A stretch of 32,000 nucleotides of DNA, from contig NZ_CP021983.2 in assembly GCF_002075285.3 (NCBI RefSeq), forward strand, positions 300,001-332,000. Direction: 5' to 3'. The notes beneath the pieces were generated by a model. That model worked only from the letters and a program-made list of their open reading frames with translations. It ran no database searches and was not told the origin of the DNA. How positions within the stretch are numbered: position 1 is the first letter of the stretch; each line of letters opens with the position of its first letter. Below, piece after piece: positions 8,407 to 16,400 of the stretch. Position numbers and translations under genes: made by a program. This DNA comes from Halomicronema hongdechloris C2206 (lineage in GTDB: Bacteria; Cyanobacteriota; Cyanobacteriia; Phormidesmidales; Phormidesmidaceae).

Positions 8407-9584
8407 CCAGGGCTGCGCATCTCTTGCCAGAGCCGATCGTAGGCAGTTTGCGCCGAGTCCGATAGGGGCTGCAGAAACTCACTGCGGCCATAGAGGTCTG
8501 CTGGTGGAAAGATCAACGGCTGCTCCTGTAGATTAGAAGGCAATGCCTGGCGTTGCTGCCCAGCGTAGAGCGGAGACCCTCCCTGACTCAGGAGCGATAG
8601 CTGCGCGGCATGGTCAGGCGTGAGGCAAAATTCGATCCACTGTTTTGCTGCCGCAGACAAGGGCAATGGCGCATTGGTGGGACGCACCCACAGATCTGCC
8701 GTCAGTATTGTTCCTTCCTGGGGGATTCCGGCTTGAAATTGGCGATATTGGCTCAACTGGGGCAGCAAATCGGTGGACCAGCCCACGATCAACCAGAGAT
8801 CGCCATTGATTAGGGCTTTCAACCCATGCTCGGAGCTGTATAGCTGCACCTGTTGTTGCAGGGTCTGTAGTCGCTCCGATAGTGCGGCCATGGCCTGCAC
8901 ATCAGGAGAATTGGCCGATTGATTCAGGGCCTTCAGGGCCAGCCCCAACACCAACCGCGGATGATCCGGCAAGGCAAAACGACGCTGTAGATCTGGGTGC
9001 CACAGATCTTGCCATTGGCTAGGCTGCCAGCCTAACCGCTGAAATGGCCGGGGGTCGTAGATCCAAATCAAGCTGCCCCATCGGTAAGGGACGGCCCAGA
9101 TCGCTCCGTCCTCTGCGAATTGACCGTTGCGATCGCGTCGCACCAACTGCTGCCAAGCAGGAGATAGCCGTTGCCAGCCGGGTAAATGCTCTGAGCGCAG
9201 TGGTTGAATCAACTGCTCTTGGACTGCCGCCGTCAGCCAATAATCACCTAAGCTGACCCAATCAGGGGCATTCCCTGGGGATGACTCTGATTGCCAGAAC
9301 CGCACCCAATTCCAAATCCGTTGCCACCGGGGAACCGCCTCTCCAGGGAGCCTCTGCCACCGGCGTAAATCCTGGAATAGCGATAACAGAGAAGGGGTGG
9401 CCGTAAACGTAGCCGACGCTTGGCTCTGCCGTTTAAATCGTTTGATCAGTCGGGCCGGGATTGACCCCTCCAACAGCCTCACCTCAACCTCAGGGGAGGC
9501 GGGGCCACAGGCCGAGAGTCCTAGGCCAATAGTTGCCGCCACTAACTGCAAAAACGTTCTACGCTTCATCGTTGGGATGCTCAC
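8403..9584 (-). CDS. periplasmic solute-binding protein, PotD/PotF (polyamine-binding)-like
   Basis: 393 aa. Signal MKRRTFLQLVAATIGLGLSACG has a twin-Arg-like n-region plus a lipobox Cys. The layout parallels E. coli PotD as I recall it (AVPYRWGSLIWIYD, DLWHP, LIVGWSTDL, EGTILTADLWVRP, WIEFCLTP). Its stop overlaps the convergent gene's stop by 4 nt. Confidence 0.78.
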   Translation of the reverse strand: MSIPTMKRRTFLQLVAATIGLGLSACGPASPEVEVRLLEGSIPARLIKRFKRQSQASATFTATPSLLSLFQDLRRWQRLPGEAVPRWQRIWNWVRFWQSESSPGNAPDWVSLGDYWLTAAVQEQLIQPLRSEHLPGWQRLSPAWQQLVRRDRNGQFAEDGAIWAVPYRWGSLIWIYDPRPFQRLGWQPSQWQDLWHPDLQRRFALPDHPRLVLGLALKALNQSANSPDVQAMAALSERLQTLQQQVQLYSSEHGLKALINGDLWLIVGWSTDLLPQLSQYRQFQAGIPQEGTILTADLWVRPTNAPLPLSAAAKQWIEFCLTPDHAAQLSLLSQGGSPLYAGQQRQALPSNLQEQPLIFPPADLYGRSEFLQPLSDSAQTAYDRLWQEMRSPG

Positions 9585-9757
9585 CGTTATTGCCCACTAT
9601 TAAACCGATATCACAGCCACAGACATTCCTGTCCGTGGCACTCTACTGTATCGTTCGAAACAATTAGTCCTCTTCAGACTGTGAAAGGTTAAATGTTGAT
9701 TGAGCTATTCAGGGATGTCCGAATCTAGAGCCTAGGATAGGAAGGAACTCATGTGAG

Positions 9758-10132
9758 ATGAAATGTCCTATGGACTCTCTTCAGGAACAGGTTACAGTTT
9801 TGACCACCAAGGTAGATGCTTTGCATACCGCCCTGGATCAGGTCAATCATCGGGTCTCTGAAATCCTAAATACCTCCCAACCAACCCTGAACGATGGGTT
9901 CACTGATTCGGTGATGGGAAACGATGGTCAATCCACTGTGATTGCCGAGGGGATGTTTGAGCACAAAGATATTCTGATGGATACCACCTACTCAAAGCTG
10001 GACCACTCCAGTACAGAAACTCAGATCTCTCCAGAAGTACAGGTGCGAAGACTAACGGCTCAGTTAACTGCCGCCTATAATCGCATTGCGGCCCTAGAAG
10101 AGCAGTTGCTGGCGCTACGCAGTCACCATTGA
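9758..10132 (+). CDS. hypothetical protein with a C-terminal heptad/coiled-coil segment
   Basis: 124 aa. The C-terminus RRLTAQLTAAYNRIAALEEQLLALR looks like a leucine zipper. I recognise no family. Confidence 0.5.
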   Translation: MKCPMDSLQEQVTVLTTKVDALHTALDQVNHRVSEILNTSQPTLNDGFTDSVMGNDGQSTVIAEGMFEHKDILMDTTYSKLDHSSTETQISPEVQVRRLTAQLTAAYNRIAALEEQLLALRSHH

Positions 10133-10195
10133 GTAGTTCCCTTCCCGGGGTGATTTTCGTCGACAGTATCCATGACGGGACACCTCCCCTTCATC

Positions 10196-11335
10196 TCAAT
10201 CAATTTGTCCCTGTCCCGACATGCCATTGATTCGAAGCGTTTGTTCCCACAGGGCTTCCACGGCAGCCAAAAGCTCTGGCTGCTGCCAGTTTTTGTGGAG
10301 ATGGGCTGCGATCGCACATCCGCCAGCCCCCACCCCTTCCTTCACAAATCCCTGCTCATAGGCTCGCAGTTGCGGATAATGAGACCTCTCAAAGCTCAAC
10401 TGAGTGGCGATTAGCGGCACATCTGCTACCTGCACAGCAAGGCCAACCGTGTCTCCACTACCATCTGTGGCCACCCAACGGGTCGTTCCCACGGCAATGC
10501 GCTCCGGGGTCCAAGCTAGGCCATGGTAGCCTGCCACTGCCCGCAGCAGCGCGTAGACAGCCAACATTTGGGTCCCCCCCGCCAGCAACACCCCAACCCG
10601 TCGACTTGCCGCAATTGCCATCGCCGCCACCACCACCTGCATCGGGTCACCTACCGCCGCCGCCAGTGCCAATGGATCTAGGGCCCCCTCCGTAAAGGCA
10701 GGGGATTGCCGCCAGGCAGACAGTCCGGCTTGGGCAACTGCTAACTTCTGTGTATGGTTACAGGTGGGATGGCTGCTGTTGACCCGGTCCGTGGCGTCGA
10801 TCCCTAACCCCAGTAGCACGGCCAAGGCCGTTGTGGTTCCCCCTACCACGCATTCTCCCAGGACGAGATACCCTGCCTGGGCCTCTCGAGATAACCGCTC
10901 CCCCCAGTGCACCCCCCGTTGCCATAGCTGCCGCACTTGAGCCATCGGCATAGCCTCTCCCCCACTCAAACAGCTAGCCACAGGCCCCTGCAAGTCAATC
11001 GCAGGAGCGGGTAGAGGGTGAGGCAATCCGGCATTAAATAGCCGCAACGGCAAGTGCTGGCTAGTCACCAGCGCCCGGGTAATGATGGCCGGTGACGCTC
11101 CTGCCATCAACGGCGGTAAGGCATAACGAGGGCGAGGATGGGGACCCTTATAGAGAAATTCCGCGTCTGCCAGTGCCGTCTGCTGTCGATCAGCTGGAGT
11201 TGCCCCTGCCGCTGAAATTCCGGGAATCAAGCCCGTAGCCGTAAAGCCAAAGACAATGGCAATATAAGGCCGTCGCCAGCGACAGCAATCTAACCATTGT
11301 TGTCCAGCCTCAACCTGAGTATGAACCTGGTTCAT
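10196..11335 (-). CDS. CobT-like nicotinate-mononucleotide phosphoribosyltransferase family protein (TIGR00303/UPF0284, archaeal type)
   Basis: FGFTATGLIPGISAAGATPADRQQTALADAEFLYKG and GECVVGGTTTALAVLLGLG match my recollection of this family. I prefer the ATG at 11335 (MNQVH..., 17 nt after the upstream stop) over the TTG at 11380, which would overlap the upstream gene. Confidence 0.78.
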   Translation of the reverse strand: MNQVHTQVEAGQQWLDCCRWRRPYIAIVFGFTATGLIPGISAAGATPADRQQTALADAEFLYKGPHPRPRYALPPLMAGASPAIITRALVTSQHLPLRLFNAGLPHPLPAPAIDLQGPVASCLSGGEAMPMAQVRQLWQRGVHWGERLSREAQAGYLVLGECVVGGTTTALAVLLGLGIDATDRVNSSHPTCNHTQKLAVAQAGLSAWRQSPAFTEGALDPLALAAAVGDPMQVVVAAMAIAASRRVGVLLAGGTQMLAVYALLRAVAGYHGLAWTPERIAVGTTRWVATDGSGDTVGLAVQVADVPLIATQLSFERSHYPQLRAYEQGFVKEGVGAGGCAIAAHLHKNWQQPELLAAVEALWEQTLRINGMSGQGQID

Positions 11336-11352
11336 GGAGAAGGCAAGCGAGG

Positions 11353-12168
11353 TTAACTCTCCAACAAGACTTGTACCCAACGAGGAGGGGCAGGCATCGG
11401 CATCCCCAGTCGTTCTAGCAACAACCCAGCAGCCAGGTGCACGGTGAACAGGTAAACCACATTGCTGATCACTACCATCACCAGCGCCAATCCCTGAACC
11501 GTGAGCAGATCAACCTGGCCCAGAACAGCAACGCCGAGTATACCCAGATCAACCAACCGTTCCAGGATCCAATCCAAGATTTGGGCCATTTGATTGATCA
11601 AATACACCCAGAGATCTTCGCCGATCAGCATTGATAACAACCAGATGCGGAAGAAAAATCCCAAACTACCTAACAAAGTGCCCACAGCAATCGAAACATA
11701 CCAATTGGCCCGACGAAACCACAGGTATCCCAGTTGCACCCCCAAGACTCCATAGGGCATCAGAAACAGTAGGCTGCGAGGGGGTCCCATCAACACCGCT
11801 AACAATAGGCTGGCCACCAATGCCGACATCCATGCCGCCCGAGCTCCCCAACGCAAATACACCATGGCCATGGGCACCGGGAAGAAGATGCGGAGCAGAG
11901 GTCCTGGCGGAAAGTAGGCATTAATTAGCCAGATCAAACTGGCCGTGCTAGCCAAGAATGCCGTTTCCACCATCACTAAGGGACCGGCCTTACTGGCCAG
12001 TTGGTGTCTCAAGCGCTGAGTTCCCACTCCCGATGCCGGAGTATAGGTCAGAAATGCCTCAACGTCCTCAAATTCTGCCTCTATCTCCCGGTCAGAAGAA
12101 CCATCTGGAGACGATGACGACGATGACGAACTGGCCTGAAATGCCCGGTGGGCAAACGAATCACTCAT
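11353..12168 (-). CDS. polytopic membrane protein, DUF2232-like
   Basis: 271 aa. A Ser/acidic N-terminal tail is followed by about 6 hydrophobic helices. Its ATG is separated from the crp-family stop only by GGAGTC (TGA-GGAGTC-ATG), which implies translational coupling. The family name is from memory of the cyanobacterial neighbourhood of TIGR00303 genes. Confidence 0.62.
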   Translation of the reverse strand: MSDSFAHRAFQASSSSSSSSPDGSSDREIEAEFEDVEAFLTYTPASGVGTQRLRHQLASKAGPLVMVETAFLASTASLIWLINAYFPPGPLLRIFFPVPMAMVYLRWGARAAWMSALVASLLLAVLMGPPRSLLFLMPYGVLGVQLGYLWFRRANWYVSIAVGTLLGSLGFFFRIWLLSMLIGEDLWVYLINQMAQILDWILERLVDLGILGVAVLGQVDLLTVQGLALVMVVISNVVYLFTVHLAAGLLLERLGMPMPAPPRWVQVLLES

Positions 12169-12174
12169 GACTCC

Positions 12175-12879
12175 TCAAACTAGCAGACGCTCCAGAGCAT
12201 CAATGTCTGGAATCCGCATAATATCGCGCTCTCGCACGATCAAAGTCTTTTTCTCCAGTTTGCTGAGAACCCGAGTCACTGTCTCTCGAGCTAGGCCACT
12301 CAAACTACTGAGTTCTCGATGGGGTAAATTAGGAATCTCAACGCCATTATCCCCCTCTTGCCCCTGACCATCCGCTAGAAACAAGATAATGTCGGCCACC
12401 CGAGACATACTGTCCGACTCTCGGAGACGCAAGCGGCGATTTACCTGACGTAAACGCCGAGCCATGAGTTGAGCCAATCGAATACCCGCAATAGGTTCGG
12501 TGTGGATGAGATGCACAAAATCGTTGGCTGGCATATTGCCAATCATGGTGGGCACTAAGGTAATCACATCCGTGGAGCGAGGCACCTCATCTAGGGGAGC
12601 CATTTCCCCGAAGACTTCTCCCTTGCCCAAAATATTCAGCGTTACCTCTTTGCCGTCTAGATTGTAGGTACGAATTTTGACCCAACCGTCCAAAATAAAA
12701 TAAACAGAGGATCCCCAGTCATTCTCTAGCAGCAACACCTGGTTAGCAGGGTGTCGACGAGTAACAACCTGAGCCGTTGCCTGCTGCACTGCGGCGTCAG
12801 GAATACCTTGAAAGAAAGGAGCTGAGCGGATCAACTCACTCTCTGAGTGATGATCACGAGGGCCGTAGCGAGGGTCCAT
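12175..12879 (-). CDS. Crp/Fnr-family transcriptional regulator
   Basis: 234 aa. The cNMP-binding beta-barrel signature is VYFILDGWVKIRT...GKGEVFGEMA. The C-terminal HTH is HRELSSLSGLARETVTRVLSKLEKKTLI. It does not match the NtcA sequence as I recall it. Confidence 0.9.
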   Translation of the reverse strand: MDPRYGPRDHHSESELIRSAPFFQGIPDAAVQQATAQVVTRRHPANQVLLLENDWGSSVYFILDGWVKIRTYNLDGKEVTLNILGKGEVFGEMAPLDEVPRSTDVITLVPTMIGNMPANDFVHLIHTEPIAGIRLAQLMARRLRQVNRRLRLRESDSMSRVADIILFLADGQGQEGDNGVEIPNLPHRELSSLSGLARETVTRVLSKLEKKTLIVRERDIMRIPDIDALERLLV

Positions 12880-13410
12880 AGGTTACTACACTAAGTTCTG
12901 GTCAGGGAAACGGATTCGACATGCTATTGAGCCGATAGTCATGCCCGCAGCCCACCACTGCCGCTAGAGACAGTCCAGGCTCAGGGTAGCTATGGGTTAC
13001 TAGCCATGCTTACCATCTCCCTAAGGGAGTCATCAGGTAAAATCAGCAGGTTTACGGATATATTGGCTATCGTTTTCATCCAGGCTGATCAATAGTGGCC
13101 GCAGGGAGTCCTCTGGCAAACTTTCCCAGAAACCTATTAACATACTACCCCGGAGATTTCCTCCCTCTGACCCCGGTGCCACCATCGGTCGACCTCTGGG
13201 CATCAATGCGCTTAGCCACGAAGTATTCGTCACGTCTAACTAAGGCATTCTGTGACGTTTTGTGTGAGTTGGCCTACACTTTGGGCAATCCCTCGGTTAT
13301 CGAGGGCAGTAGCTGATGATTTTCTTGGACTTGGGGGCCTTTATATACCGAGGTGGATTTGGTACCACCGTATTGTAGGCGCTAAATGGGTATGCCTTGA
13401 TGGATTTAAG

Positions 13411-16400
13411 GTGGGTAAGGTGACAGAGCAACGGGATCAACTCGAGACGCTAATAGAAGATATCGATGCCCTTTTGAAGAAGGCATCTCCTCGGTTTGGG
13501 CGTGGTGCCCAGGAGGACAGTCAACAGCGTCAGATCCTGGAGCGAGCCCGCCAGCACATCCTTGATCTGCAGCAATGGATGACTGCGCCGGGAGGGTGGG
13601 GACCAATTGATCCTGCCAGTGGTGCCGTTGACCCTCCTGAGGATTCTAATCCGGATCTTACTGAGTCAGCCCAAACCGTGCTACGGGCATTGCTACAAGA
13701 GATGCAATACCTGCGCAGCCAGTTCATTCAACCCTTGCGTACTGAGATAGAGACACTGCAGCAGGAGCGGACTGAGTTACTGGAACAGGTGCGGCAATTA
13801 GAAGTGGAGCGTCTCAGGCTGCAAGGACAGTCTCCTGAGCCATCTTCCCAGCAGGAGTGGATACAAGTGGTGGCCCACCACCTAGAGGCCTCCTTAGCAG
13901 AGCGCCTTGACCGGGCCGTGGCACGCCGGCAGGCAGAGACGAGTAATCGTCCCCTATTAGAAGGTACACCGCCCCAGCCAGCAGAAGCCGACCTGTCATT
14001 GCTAGATCCCCATCAGCGCTTGGCTTATGTGAGGCGAGTTCAGGCTGAAGCCGATCAGGCATTGCTCCAGCTAGACAATACCCTCCGGGCTGTCTTTGCA
14101 ACTCTGCAACAGAACGCACTCAGCTATCAAGATTCCCTAGCTCAGGGATTAGCCGCCATGCATTCCCTAGGTCAACAGGGAGAAGTCACCCTGCGGGCTC
14201 TGATCAGTGATTTGGGGCAGCAACTGCGTCAAGAAGTGGCTTACCTAGAGGCAGCAAGCACTGATGAGCAGGGGCAATTGCTAGCGGCTCAGCAGACATC
14301 CCCATCCTCAACAGAGCGGCCTGATGATACCGACACCGATAGCATCTCGACGGCGGCAACGGCTGCTGCAGCTCCTGATCTAGACTGGGAGCTGGCCGAC
14401 GAAGTTGAGTTTGAAGCCGACGAAGAAATTACTCTGTTGCAACTCGATCAGGAAATCGAGCAGTTGCAACTGGACGCTACGGCAGATCCTTCCCTATTGT
14501 TGGAAGAGGACACCGAGACAGAAGCTCCTGACGTATCGGAGCCGACTGCCGCTGCCGCTTCAGACTTTCCTGTCGATCCATTAACCGTGTTAGGGCAACT
14601 CGATCAGGCGCTCCCTGATCCTGAGCAGCGGGTAGATGTTCCCGACCGCTCCGTTGATGCCACCATTGCCGCTGCCGCTGAAGAGCTTTTCCCGGATGCT
14701 GAGGCTGAGGCTGAGGCTCTCTTTGCGGATCTATTCGGTCCAGCACCAGCATCCTCTAGCCAGGATACCGCCACCGCAGCCGAGCCTTCCATTCCTGACA
14801 ATGCTGATGAGACTACTGAATCATCTCCTGATGACAGCCTGGCCTCGTCACCAGCGGCAGATGACGATCTTTCTTTAGAGACTGACGAGACCGGAGCGCC
14901 CTCAACCAGCATAGACCGGCTAGACGAAATATTGTTTGACGAGGATCTCTTGCAGGTGCCCCCTGAGTCGTCGAACGCAGACCATCTTGGCACTGAGATA
15001 GATCTATTTGGGGAAGCTACCGCGGCAACCTTAGAGCAGCCTAGGGTTGAGGTGACCGACACCATACATTCTTTGGATCAGCTTCTCCCGAGCGGCAGCC
15101 TTGACCGCGATACTAGCAGCCCTTCCTTGGCCGAATCTGAGGCCCTAGCAGCTGAGCCATTTATTCCTGCCAGTCCCGATGAGGACTTGCTCACTACTGA
15201 GACTGATACGGAGTCGGCTTCGTCTCCTCTATCCCTTGATCCAGATATTCTGGCCCAGTTAACCGCTGACCTCTCTCGCCTGGAGGGACCATCGGTATCC
15301 GCAGAAGATGGTTTGGAATTCTTAGCTGGGGGGCAAGCCCTAGAGGAGGATGACATCCCCGAGCAGCCGACCGATAGAGAACCAGCCCCCCCACCCCCCT
15401 CCTCAGCAGCGACCTGGGCGTCAGACTCGTCTGTCTTTGAAACCACTGTGGATGACTGGAAGACGGCTGTGCAGTCCACGACAGATACCCTGCTAGATGA
15501 ATCGGGGTTGATGGCTGAGGAGCATGAGGCCGAAACACCAAGCGCCCAAGCGTCGGCTCCCCAGATGTCCTCATCGACTGCAGAGGCGCCGGAGTCTGCC
15601 CAGCATCTTGATCTTCCGGATGATGACCTAGATCCCCTCGCGGCTCAAGTGTCAGAGGTTCCCTATGGTTCCCCTAGGGCCGAACATGTTATCGATGCCG
15701 TGGGGACATCCCAATCATCGACACCTGAACCAAATTCCCCGGCCGAGTTAGATCCGGACACGCTGACTTGGGAGACCTGGGCGGATGCAGCCGCTACACC
15801 TACCTCCATTGAAGCCACCGAGGAGGACTTGGCAGAAACCCTGCCACCAGAGGACTGGCTGTCTATAGATACTAGTCCGGTAGCCACGTCAGAGGCGGAT
15901 CGGCCTGACGAGACAACGGCTGCACCAGAAATAGAGTCATATACCGCTGAGTGGAAGGACCCAGAGCAGATAGGCACTGAGGAAAATCCCGAGTCGATCG
16001 ATAGTGCCATCCCGGCGGCCTCTGAGGAGACCCGACAGTCAGCGACTACCTCAGCGCCGGAAGGTGAAGCGTCTTGGTCGTCAGATACCTCCTTGGCAGC
16101 ATCCCCACTGCCAACGACACCCGAGGCAGCCCCAGCGGCTGAGTCCATGTCTGGAGCGGCTGAGATTGACACACACGAAGCACCGATTGAATCGTCAGAG
16201 CAGCTTGAGGCCACTCTAGATGAGCAGCCCCTGGTGGAAACCGACGCCGCTGCTCCATGGCCCTCTGTGGCTGGAGAAGCCCGGGAAGAAACAGCGGCAG
16301 CTTCCGCTAATGCCAGGGTCGAAGAACCTCTGCCAGAGATGACCGCATTGTCCGGTTCTGATGCTGAGGAGGGCGGGGCAGAGTGGTCAGAGGTGCTGGC

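Noticed and set aside
13228-13267. TGTGA-containing sequences near the Crp-family gene (CGTCAC-N18-GTGACG, and TGTGACGTTTTGTGTGA)
   Set aside because: The TGTGA copies are direct repeats, not inverted ones. The inverted pair has an 18-nt spacer and is not a Crp-type TGTGA-N6-TCACA site. The evidence is too weak to call an operator.
13033-13316. Small ORFs 13033..13233(-) and 13095..13316(+) in the crp/giant-gene intergenic region
   Set aside because: They overlap each other on opposite strands, use rare-looking codons (ATA, TTA), and have no motif or ribosome-binding-site support. A small gene or sRNA here cannot be excluded.
13252-13410. ORF-track N-terminal extension of the giant gene (MTFCVSWPTLWAIPRLSRAV...)
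   Set aside because: The composition is Trp/Cys/Arg-rich, unlike the rest of the protein, and the stretch contains a stem-loop (13290-13306). In-frame GTG codons at 13411 and 13420 precede the first clearly protein-like segment. The true start is unproven, so this is a preference and not a certainty.
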